Assembly: GCA_000934665.2 (NCBI GenBank)
Contig: KZ538494.1
Location: 1 to 64,000, forward strand
DNA: 64,000 bases
Direction of reading: 5' to 3'
DNA from: Catajapyx aquilonaris
Lineage: Eukaryota
Position numbers and translations under genes: made by a program. Of this stretch, positions 14,201 to 27,000 are shown in pieces. The notes beneath the pieces were generated by a model that did no database searches, was not told the DNA's origin, and saw only the letters and a program-made list of their open reading frames with translations. Numbering within the stretch: the first letter of the stretch is position 1; each line of letters begins with the position of its first letter.

Positions 14201-15042
14201 GAAAGGGCACATAATTCACACCAATCACACAGCTAACGTACTCTAGTCAATTTACTCAAGAGGCAGAAGCCCGGCATCTCGACAAACCCACACACTGTAC
14301 GACGTTCATTACAGATGACTTTTTTCACTGGACTATGTATGTTGCACCGAGCACTGCAAGATGCTACAGAGGTGTGACCCAGAGGCAATAAGGAATGGGG
14401 GGAAGAGCCCCATGCAATACGCTGCCTTGGGAATCAGCAAACGCAATGGAGATTCTGCCTCTACAAACAGCAAAGACGGCCAGCCACAATGTAATCAATC
14501 CCTCGTCATCCATAGTATTCATTTTTTTTTTTTCATTAGCCACCAACTACGTATTACTCCTGAATTTGCTTTGCGCTGATTCTCTATATACACTATAAAA
14601 GTAACGGATAGATTACTTACTACAAGTAGTGACAGTTTCAATATCTAAACGTGATCTCATAATCACTCATTCCATTCGGTTATTCTATAGGAGAGCAACT
14701 CGAGAGAACTGAAAGAAGCTCTGGCAAACTCTAGGTAATACCAAATCTCTCCTCTGAAGACAGAATGAGAAATAGGTATAGAGAGTGAGAGAGACAGACA
14801 CAGGGCAATTAACGAATCAATCAATGATAGAGAATAAAAAACAAACATTTGAATACCAACACATGAGTGATTAGATTGTTACTTTAGCCGAGATTGTCTT
14901 GACAGGTTACAGCACACAGGCCCAAGTTGGCAAGGACTGCACTCGACTCCACTCGACAAAATTCAATCACAGTCAAGAGAGACAGAGCGAGATAGACAGA
15001 CAGGTAGTCAGAGAGAGATAGATAGAGATAGACAGAGTGAGA

Positions 15043-15074
<32 letters not shown>

Positions 15075-18000
15075 AAGAGAGAGCGAAAGATAATGAAATA
15101 AACAAGGTGAGGCAACGACATGGTAACCAATAAATCCACACTGAATCCTACAGAATGGTCGAGATGGGATCTATGCAGCTACTCTACAGATTGATACAGC
15201 AGTACAAGAGAATAAGATGCATTGGAAACAACGAACGGGACTGGTAAAACTGGCTCGGCTACAGCAACAGTTGGGAGATCGGGGAGTGTGATGAGAAAAG
15301 GAAATGCTACGGCAACAGTGAAAAATGCAACTCCACAGCATTCGCCAAGTATACTTACTGCGAACTGTTCAGAAGGACCCAAAGTTTTGTTAGTCGGGAA
15401 AAAAAGTGGAAAAAATGACAATGTGAGAGAACAGGGCTGCTCACGTCAGACAGGACTACACTACGAGTACACTAAGAGTGTTGGATATATTATATTTGAC
15501 ATATATCTGGCTGTTCCTGTGGTGTTGGTTGGTTGGTTGGTTGGTTTCTGGTTTATCGGGCGTGTGAGGCTGCATAGTGCTTTTTTTTATTTATTTTTAA
15601 TATCGAATATTTGAGTATTTTTAAAATTTTCTGTGCAATTTAATTATTATGAAAATCCCTTTCTGTATTGTGATGATGGGGCTTTATTTATTTTTTTCTT
15701 CTTCTGAATGTTCTGTCCTCTCCTCCCACTTTTCCCTCCCCCAACCCCACCCCCTTTCCCTGAAAGAAAGAAGACGAGTCTGTGTGCTGTAGCTTTTGGC
15801 CAACATGCATGCGCTCTCGTGGGCGCTCTCACATAACAGTATATCAAATCCGTATTTCTATGGAGGTGTACTGCAAGTGTCTTTGGCGCAAGTAGTAGTT
15901 GGCTGCCTTATTTGTTTAGTGCCCAGTGCAGGTGCTCAGGAGTAACGTGTGGTATTCAAATGTGCATGGTGCCTTGACACGTACGACTTCCTCCTCCTCC
16001 TCACGCAACCTTCTGTGGCTCGTTCTGACTGCTTGTTAACATTCCACCAACCATTAGGTTGCGCACTATACCTGAGCGAGGAGGAAGCGTCCTGGTGACA
16101 AAGCCATTGTGTGGTAGTAGCAATAGTAGTAGTAAGTAGTAATAAGTAGTAGTAATAGTCAAGTACTGTAGTGCTTGTAACAATCCCATAAATGGTGATA
16201 AAAACAAATTCATGACATCAAGACCCACAAGCGGTGCATAGTGCAGAATATTATAATATTCCAAAGCAATAAAGTGCAAGTGACACACTGTGGAATAGAA
16301 AAGCTGGTGGTAGTCTTTAGTGGTCATTATTTCACTCCCTGTGATGTAAAGTGAGAATGTAGGTGAATGCAAAAAAATCAACCTGGGTAGTTGATGTTGC
16401 TGCATCCACACTGTATCATCTGGAACACAACAAATTTTCTGTCGCCATCACAGTCAGTGGCATATGCTGGGTACTTCCTGGACACTCAAAAGCATCAAAG
16501 GTCGCGCTTCAATAGTCGACCAACAATATGCCAAAAAAAAAAAAAAAGTGACAGTGTCAGTGAGCAGGAAGTACCCAGAAAAATATCCTCTGGTGTGTAT
16601 GCACCCAAAGGGGCCATTTGCAGAGAGAAACCAAATGAGAGGGGGAGTTGTGCTTGTGTCATTGTGGTTATTCTGAGAGAATGCAACAAGCGGTGGTGGG
16701 AGAAGCATTTGGCTCCTATCTGGCGAGCAGATTTGAGTAAAGTGGCCTCATGATTTGGTGGTGGTGATGGTGGTGGTGGTGGTGGTGGTGGTGGCAGCGG
16801 TGGTAGTGGTAGTGGTAGTAGTACTGATTGTGGTCATGGCAGTGGTAGTTGTGGAGTGAGAATGCATTAGCGAGTGAGAAGAGACAGAGAGCAGAGAAGG
16901 AGAAGGATCGGGGGTAGTGTTAGTAGATAGTATTAGGGACAGATGTGTGGACACACGTTTCCCCAAGCCCAGAAAAACCAAGCATAGGAAATAGACTTAC
17001 AGCCCACAGTTTTTCCTCCCTTTTTTTAAAAAGTATACAAGCAAAACTTGGTCTTCAGCATCTCTGCATTTCATACTCATCGTCAGCCTTACACTCTTTG
17101 GGACCTGCTCAGGTACATGTGGGACTCACATACAATACTTTGAAACAACACTAGACAGTTCAAAATACATATTTTTGATCTAATAAAACTTTGCGTCTGG
17201 TAGCAACAACTCTTGTCTAACAAATGCAGCAATGGCATAACAGGTGGTTACACAGCAATATTAACAACAATTGTGAACACTCTTAGGAACACAGAACAAT
17301 ATTATATATATATATATCTGCCCATGACTTTGTCATCATGCCAAAATATAACGTGCATGTTGCATTGGCTTATAATCTAAGTACCACGAGGTAACCTCTT
17401 AACAATGTGAAGCTGCATTTAAAAATCAGTGGCTGTGATAAAAATACTCTCATCAGATGTTTCACAAAATACTACATTCAGTCCATCCGTGTGCAGAATT
17501 CATCCTTCTGCTCCAACTTGTGTAAAGTGGCAGTAGTTTTATAGTTTGTTACAGTTCCATCATCTAGTGATTACCTATCAATACTGCAATATTGGACCAT
17601 TCCAGAAATTGTCTCTCTTCATAAAATAAATGTGCCAAGTGCACGCTAACATAATACTGATTATTCCAGTCGACTAAGTGACATGAACTGGTAAAATTAT
17701 GTCATATGGCTGAACTTCCTTTGCTACGAATTTCATCTAAAATATAACTTGAAATATTTGGGGCAAGCTAAATACTGAACATTGCAAAAGCACATAAGAA
17801 TACTTGCTCCCTAGTTCAACCAGAACCTAAGGAAAAGAGATAACTTACAGAGCATTGCACTAACTTTTCATATATTGCGTAACTTCAGCTAATCGGTATC
17901 TTCACTAAAAAGACTTGTTTTTCTATGAACAAATATGATATTTCCAGACTTTAAGATAGAGGAAAGAAAATGATTTCCATGGGAATTGCTCTTTAAAATA

Positions 18001-21000
18001 AGGTTAATCTGACACTGGTCGTAACAGTATGAAATTACTTAGGTCCTGGTTCTCCTTGCAATGGCCTGATGCTAGCTACAAAACATTCTTACACGTCAAT
18101 TTGCCCTGACTAATAACAAGCACCTTCTGGATGACTAGGGGCAATGCTACAATCCTCATGATTTGGTCTGTTACAGATTCAGGTCAAGCGAGATCAACTA
18201 AGGTCAAACTAGGTAATAAATATAATCAGAAGTTACGCTAAAGAGTAGGTGCTCAGAAATTGTCAATCATGTGGCAGAATGCCAGACACAAATTATTACA
18301 CTTCACAAAACCGCGACAAATTATTCTCAAATTCAGTGGATGCATGATGACAAATTACACTCAAGCAATTATTGAATACAATGACTGACATCTTGCTAGA
18401 TCTTGCTTTTGGCATGATTTGGCAAGCATAAAAAAAGATTCACCAAGTGCAGATTGATAATTCCAATCCATGAAAGGTACAGTTCTGTTATTTGATATTC
18501 CTGTACAGAGATATGCACAATGTACATTAACATTTCTCCGATATTTTTGTACTACCCTTGTGAACACAGTATGATACAATTTATGGCTGGTTTGTGATTT
18601 AACATCTGAATGTGATTGGACAACAATGAGCTAGTGGCAGTAAATGAGACTTGGTGAATCCCAGAATAGGCAGAGTGTTACAATAACAAATTAAGCATTG
18701 GATACATGGCTCGAAGACAGTACAACAAAAACACAGCGAGATTTGTGGTCTTCTTTAGATGTGGGTATCTGATTTGCCCTTCCAGGAAGGTGGAGGACCT
18801 AGATATGGCGGAGGATGAGGAGGAGCAGTAGGCCCGTCATAGTAGTAGAAGGCAAAATCCTTCCGGCGAGGCTCTAGCAGTCGGGGCATGGGTGGGGCTC
18901 CTGAGTGGTGTGTAGTCGGGTCAGAGCGCCCTGGGAGGTCTTCAGTCATGAAGTAGCCAGAGCCACGCAGAGAATCAGCCAGGCCAAGGACATCATTCCT
19001 ATCCTTCAGGCGTAAGAAGGTAACAAGAACTGGACGCCTTTGCAGGGAGAATGCACGACGTGGACCAATCCTCACAGCTCTCTCTACCTCCAAGCGTGTC
19101 TGCAAGCCCAGGTGGTGATGAAGGAACACCTGGAAGGCGCTCTCCGTCAGGGCGGGATCCTCCTCCCCCTTGCTGCCTCCCCCGCTCTCCCCCTGCTCCT
19201 CCAGACCAAACAGGATCAAGTTGCGACGTCGTAACTGCAGGTCCATGTCAGCCAGGCGTGCCTCCGCTTCCTTCAGGCTGTCTCCAAGAGACACAGCCAG
19301 CTGGGAAGACTGTGTCTGCTGGTAGCGAGATATCTGAAGATCCTCCTTGAGCTGGTGCAGTTCCTCCGCCTGGATCTGTCCCCTCTCCTCCAGGCGCTCC
19401 ACCCGAGACATGGCCTCCTCCAGGAGCGCCCAAACTTCCCCTGCCTCTCCTCCTCCTCCTCCTCCTCCTCCAATCCCTACTGGTGCTGCTCCTCTTCCCA
19501 ATCCTTCCCCCCACATTGGACCAACTACTTCTCCCACTTCTCCTCTCCTTCCTCCTCCTCCAACTCCTCCATCCTTTACACGTTCCTCCTCTTCATCATC
19601 ATGACAACGCCCTGCCACCTTCCCCTGCGCCTCGTCTGGGCTGCTGCTGCAAGCACCCGCCTCTGCAAGGGAGCAGCAGCCCAAACTCAACGCTTGCTTC
19701 CCTCACTCTGCATTTGCCTCCACCTTCACGCCTTTCATCCCATACACATCATAACGTTTGCAATCCAATGACAAATAGCACTGACACTATTCACTGACTT
19801 TTAACAGGTCCAAATCAAGGCCCACTATAAGTCAAAACATTCCTTTGGAAAGAAAATTGATAGTAGCAAACTACACAATGAATTATCGTATCTAATCACT
19901 ATAATAATTAATTACAGTGTGGCTTTTTGCAAAGAGGCTACTAACTGGATGTCAGGTAACTACATAAGGCACTGCAGACCCATCATCTTATAAATCACTC
20001 CCTCATACCAATTCACACATTATCTTGCAATGATAGAACCCAGGCGGTGATTCAGGTGTTGTGTTGCCATGTCATGCATACAAAGTCTTCCACCTTGGAA
20101 TCACCCTACACATCACATATGCAACTTCACTTCAAAGACTGCTCTATTATCCCATGATATCTCCTGTGATTACTTGAGGGAGGGCGGTACGTTAGTGTGG
20201 GTCAGCAGTGCCTTATGTTGGCAACCAATTATTTCATTGCCACCTTGTTACAAAGTGATTTCAGATACTCTTTACTCAACTAGGATTATTGATGGCTCTC
20301 AGCAATTGGTTTAATTATTATAGTGCACACAAAAACTCTGCAAAAAATCCAAGTGCACTGGGTGCATCATCACTGTCACTCTCATAATCATGCCATTGCT
20401 TCATGCACAGTGACCTCATAAGCTTTCACTCTTATCAAGTAACTTCATATTTACAGTATGTGATACTGACGTGCATGATTCCTTACTGTGGTCTTCGCAA
20501 AAATGATGTAACTTCCAAAGTATGGCTTTTGACTGACCAAAAAACAATGTAACAATAAAGTCAAAGAAGACCTGAGATCACTACTGGGACATTGCAATCC
20601 CAATACTTTGACTTACCAATGGCCATGTTTACCTCTGACCATTACACAGCATTTGAACCTGAATGAGTCATTTTGTCAATGCTATTTGTACATAACTGAA
20701 TACAGGCTACTAGAATTAGGTGATTAAATATTTGCATTACTTCTTTGGTGGAAATGGCGATAACTCACATCTGAACATTAGCTGAAGTGGCTTGCACATC
20801 AAAGAAGAGTCACCCACACAGTCACCCGTCACATGTGCAGACTATATCTACTGTATCCACTATAAGCCAAGTCCTCAGCTCAAAATTCCTAACTGCTTGA
20901 GCCTGCATGCGGCATGACTATATCATTGCAGCTTACATACCCCACTGTAAGCAGACCAGTCAAATCTCGCTGTAAGGAGTCGGCAATGTCTTTTTCTAGT

Positions 21001-24000
21001 CAAATTCAACTGTTGATCACAAACCTATTTTTCACCACCTGCTTTGCCATCTCTGCAGTGATAATAAATCATGAGTGGAAGATCACTTACTCTCACAAAG
21101 CCATATTTAACAAATAAGAGCTGGACTCATTATCCATGTGTTCCCTATGATGTGCAGTGACAGATTATATAGGCTTTTCCACAGGTATTATTCCTAGCTA
21201 AAATTCTGACTGCACTTACATTACAACGGTTAATAATTGACTTATGCTTATCTGCAGTTACTTTCATCTTACAATGTCATATGACCCTGTGTTACATCTC
21301 ATAGCCTCAACTACAAAGCGCTATAAAAATGAGAAGATAACAAATACCAGAACAGCTCACTGCAAAATTGGTCATAGTGGAAAATCATTTCTCGCATTAA
21401 TTACTACACAATGTCAATCCACGATCATGGAAATAATGATATGGAACAACACCATGAAACAGAGGACAAATTGTCAAAATGACCTGTAACTAATCATAAA
21501 GTGTTATAATTTATTGTACAGAAACTTCAGCAAGGTGCCAATAAAGAAGATTGGGATTGAACACAGTGTACACTATCATAAAAATGAGTTCTGGTTTTCT
21601 CTTGCTAGTCTTAATTCTAATTGACGCAACGTGTCAGAGCAACATAAAGAAACACAATCCGTGACTCCCTTGGGGAGAATAGACTTGAAATTAGTCATAT
21701 TTGGAGTAAACAAAAAGAAAACAGATGTTAATTGAAGTTTCATAAAAAGCAACAGTTGGACCTGATAAAATTAATGTTAATGTAGTTGATTCACACTGAC
21801 CCAACTGTTTCCTCTTTGTTTCTACCTACACACAGCTAGAAACTTGCACCAAAAGGAAGTGGCAAATGGACGCTCATAACTACTGAGCACTGACTTATGG
21901 ATGGTGATTATGATGTAACTAGTAATTGCACAAAATATTTTTCTAATAGCAGACCAATTTGCACATTTATAAATTGATCAACTCTAGCTAACACTTGTAT
22001 TTGAATAATATGAAATACATCCATGTAGCATGTGCTACGATTTCAATACTTGCACCTGAGGAAAGGCTGACACTGTGCCATGAAGTTGTTATTAGAGAGA
22101 ATAGTTTTTCAAGAACTATGCAGATTGTTATGAAACTTTGAAGGACACCTGTTCCCCATGCACAGAGTATGTTCCAGTCAGAATTGTGGCCAGGGAAAGA
22201 AAAAGCACAGAAAGTGAAGTGTGATCTTCCACTGCAAGTGCAGCTGAGAAAATAAAGAGTCCCAGTGTATCAAAAGAAAGAGAGTCCCAATGGAGAGACA
22301 AGGTGGTAGAGTAACGCTCTCCTTCTGATTGTAGGACGGTGTGGATCAGCAAGGACGAGGGATACTTTAGGATCGTGGATTTGGAGAAAGAAAAGGTACT
22401 ATTGCAAAACCATTACCAATTTCCTGCACAACCCACATGCAGTGAGACATGTTTACTGATGATATAATTATGTGGTAGTCCTTTAAATCTGTATTTACAA
22501 AAAGTCAAAAAATTTAAATATGCTGCCTCAAAAAAACAGGATCAAAAACTCCATTTTATGACAATTATTACTCTACTGTCAAGAGCAGCCAGCAGATAAC
22601 TATACAGCATGGAGGTATATTTTCAAGTGCTAATAATATAATTTGTTATAAAATAATATTACTTGTGGACAATTTATAAAAGTTCTTAGATCTGCCTCAT
22701 TGTACACTAAAACATGAAATGCAATTACAAAATATGTACAAAAAATTCAAAGACTAATTTTAAATTCTGGAAGCATGTAGGCCTTGACAGCACTCATCAA
22801 GGTTAAGAGAAAATTTACAGAAGCATGTTAAAATTTATCTGAACTGAATGGTCACTTATAATAAATTTGTCATGAATCATACACAGTATTGGATTCTCAT
22901 GGAGCTTATTATGACTAGCTCCTATTGACTTGTCCTTCCTTAGATGAGGGTTACACCAAACATCTTGTACGCTCCACACTGACTTTCTGGCATCCAAACA
23001 TAGTTTTATTATTATTATTATTATTATATTTTTTAAAGCCAATTTCATCATAATGGAGAGGGTGGTATTTTCTGCAGCGAAGTATCTTTCAAGAGTCCAT
23101 GAGATTTCAACCTTATGTAACATATTTAGCACCCATACTTTCTCAAAAAAAGTAGCTTGCAGCTAATTAGTTTCAATACTGATGAAGTACATTTTTCTCA
23201 GTATAAAATTACTATGCTGGTATCTGACACAACATTCCAATTTCACTGGAGTTCAACAATACTAACATATACTTTCAGTAATATTTCAGTTTCAGTAAAA
23301 ACTGCATGTGAAATGCAGCAAAAATCTTTAAAACTTTCTGAAATTTCCAATCTCAATGTCACTGAAGAAATTCACAGAAATGTTACATTTCCCCACTCAG
23401 GTGCAGCATGAGCCTAATTACTGCAGTATATGTGATGTATACTCATGTGATTAAAAGTATTGCCATTGGCAGTAAAAAATCCATTTTGTTTCACCTGAAT
23501 AAGTTTAGGTTATGACAACCACTAACTGCTGACTGAACATCTTGACACACCAACGGCAATGGGTTACCACAGAATGGTCATGGTTCAGGGTGTGATGGTT
23601 GAATTTATGGGTAAGGTTTTGAGGTTGAGGTGAACAAGGTTAAGGCATTATAGGGTGTAGGGGGGGAAGGAAGGAGAGATAGATACATACCGTCCTCGTC
23701 GGTAGTGACGACGACTGGGTAGCTGGCAGGCCCATCCCCAACACTGGTGCCCGCCAGCACCCAGACTCGATACTGGGTCCAGCGCTTGAGTTGGTCCACC
23801 AGGAAATGGCGTGCATCAGGATTGGAGATAGTGATAGTGGCAGCCTCAGAATCTGAGCGCGAGCTCTCCACATAATGCAGCTTGTAGTAGCGAATGTCCC
23901 CGTTCTGTTGTTCAGCGGGCGGAGGGAGCCAGCGCACAAGGATGGACGTGGAGTCCTCAGCCTCTGCGCTCACGTTCTGGGGGGGGGCTCCTGGGACTGT

Positions 24001-27000
24001 GTGGCGAGCGGGACATGTGCGCATCTTTAATGTGCTGCCTCTTAATGTGGTGGTGGTGGTGGTGGTTAGCAGTGGTAAATGATGGTTGTGGGTGTGTGGT
24101 GGGGTAGTAATGGTAGCAGTGGTGACAGTGACAGTGGTAGTGGTAGTGGTGGTGGTGGTGGTGGTGGGAGTTTATGTTTTAGTGGCTGGCTGGCTGGCTT
24201 AGGTGTGGTAGGTGTCTGGGCTATATTACATTTTTAAAAATATATATATTTTTTCAGGGCTTGGTCTTGGGGGAAGGATTGAGTAGTGGAAGGTCACCTA
24301 TAACTGCAATGCTATAATATTTATAGTTTTTCTTAAGTAAAATCATTCAATGCAAAGTTGAAAAGTCCAAAATAACAAACACTTTCACCTCAGACTAGAT
24401 GATTGTGATAGAGCACAAAAATTCTGTCAATGCAGTTGGGTCTTGTTAATGTGCGTACAAATTATGTTGGGAATATTTCCTTTAGGGCTGGTTGCACCAC
24501 AGTAAGGTACAGCGTCAGGTGTAGGTCGGGCATTATTATTAATTGTTCGAAATAACGAAAATATAATTAATAACAAATGTAGACCCACACCTTAAGCCCT
24601 ACCTTGAGCTGAGGCAACATATAAATTCCTACGAGTGCCGACGTGTTCTAGGGTCACAGATATAATATTTCACAAAAGTAGAATCAAAATTGCAAACAAA
24701 TGCCTGGAATTGAAAATTATTAACACATTTTCTAATCTATATTTTCTGAATTTTGAATCTCTTTTAAAAAATATTATGCATTGCAGAAAGGTTTTTAACC
24801 AGGTTTATAAGTATCCACTCATGATGGTACATTTCCATACTCATTTTAGTAATACCAAGAGATCATGTTAGGTAATGTTAAATTTTAAAATACTATTCGT
24901 TAAAATATGACTCACTACAACAAGTATGTATGTAAAAAACATGACACATCCATAATTCATTTAAATGCAAATTAAGGAACTAATATCTTTATGCAAAGAG
25001 AGGTTACTGATTACTTTGAACCTGTGTTCAAACAAGTGGAGTATGGTTATCCAAACTTTGAAAAACATATGCAAATACTTTCTACGCTTTAGCTAATGGA
25101 ACAGGGGAGTAGGGAAGATGCACAAGGAAAAAAAGGGTAGGGAGCATGGGAAGCAGTACGATGCCCTGTGTTACTGAAATGAGTCTGTCTGCTTTAGTGT
25201 GGATCCAGCTAGCACACTAAGGGAACATTTTTGGGAACATTTTCCAGTGAAGGTTAAAACACTCATAAAATAATAATAATAACAACAATAATAATTATGC
25301 AGCAATCCTCAAAAAAATCATCAACAAAACAAATATGTGAGCATTCATTCTCATTTTCTTTTTTTAAAAAATTTAAAAAAAGACCAAAGAGTGAGCAAGC
25401 CAATAAAATAATTTTGACCAATCGCTTCCCAGTTTAGGCTCTGAAAAATGCATTGGTGCGTTACGTGCCAGCCTGAAACTGCTCAGAGGAGAGTGGCCAA
25501 AAAATGTGCATCAGAGCATATTGGAAACCCCAAACTGTTCCCACTCGGAATTTCAAGTGAAAAGCATGCACTTGGGGATGCTCCAATATGCCCACTGGTA
25601 AACCTATTAAATCTAAGTGAGGTGGGATAACTCTTCTTAACTTGGAAGTGGACAGAGTGAATCAAAGAAGAGTTAAAGTGGTGTACATCACAACTGCAGC
25701 TGTGCAAAACAGTGGTGAGACAGGACTGGCTGGTGCATCAATATCATCACCATCATTATGGGATAAATCAAAATTACATGCAGGTATATATTGTAAAAAA
25801 AAATAATGAACATCCAGTCAGTCAGGTGGGAGCTGGGGGTCAGAGTAGTGAGAGACAGTGATATCTATATATTCTTTCCGTCTCTTGCTATAATTTTTTT
25901 GATGCATTTTTTTGTTTCCTTTTACTCATTATATGTGATGTCCTGATGCTGTTCAGTTTTTTGTGCCAATTGATTTTATATCCATTTTTCTTAGTCACCG
26001 GGGACCAGGTTGGAGACATGATTTGTTTCGCTATGTAGTCTGCAATTGTGGTGTTAGTGTCCCTGTATTGTATTGACTCGATGGATCTGCTGCTATGGTA
26101 GTCAATAGGCGACCAGGGCAAGAGCCGTGTTGTGTTCACATCAATGGGGCCAGGGGAGTTGGTTGGTGGGCAAAGGTCAATAGTAGTCCAATTAGAACAG
26201 TGACCTTTCTTGGCATGTCAACAATTCTTATAACACCAAGTGTTAGGAATGACAAAAGAATTCTTTAACTACTTGAATATCAATCCTGCAGTGAAAATCT
26301 TTAGACTTGATCCTTCATAATATTTGGGAAAATATTGTTCCAAAATTATGGCTAGTTAGATTTTTAAAAACTTGCCATGCCATTCATATTAAGTGACATT
26401 TTAGATAGCTTCACATACACAGATGTCATAGGTTATGCATGACCAAAATTTATCAGTAGCTGGAGTACAGTCGAAGAAGGCTAGTTTTCACTAATGATTC
26501 CTCTATGTGACTATCAACAGTGTAGACTGCTCAAGGAAAAGGGTCACCCTGTACTATCCCGGATCCCTGGTAAGCTCCCCTGGCCCCTCCTAGAACCACC
26601 ACGAGGGGCACCTACCTTCATTTTCTCACCTGTTCCAGCTGATACGAGAGAGGACCTCTGTCCATCCATCCATCCATTCTCCCTCCCTCCCACCCGCACT
26701 TCCACATCCTCACCATTCCCCCCTTCCCATTACCTTCCCTCAAGTATTCCTACTCCAGAAGACTCAACCCTTATGTCCCTCTAGGAGGGAGCAGTGCACA
26801 AGGGGACTCCCCCAGAAGCCTTACCGTACTGCTCGGTTCTGACGGGGATGGGTGGAGTGGTGGCACCTTCTCCTCTCCGCGACTTTGCTGCCAGCCATAT
26901 GAAGTACAAGGTGTTTGGATACAAGCCGGGCAAACTGTAGCTCTCTCCCAGTGAAATACTTCGATGGTGCTTCTCCTAAAGAGGGAGCCATATTTAGTGT

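Noticed and set aside
24298..24303. Possible 6-nt microexon (ttgcag|TTATAG|gtgacc)
   Set aside because: No pyrimidine tract and a weak donor; not distinguishable from chance.
25888..26200. ~100-codon minus-strand frame in the FN3-FN4 intron as a possible alternative exon
   Set aside because: No convincing acceptor and no domain similarity.
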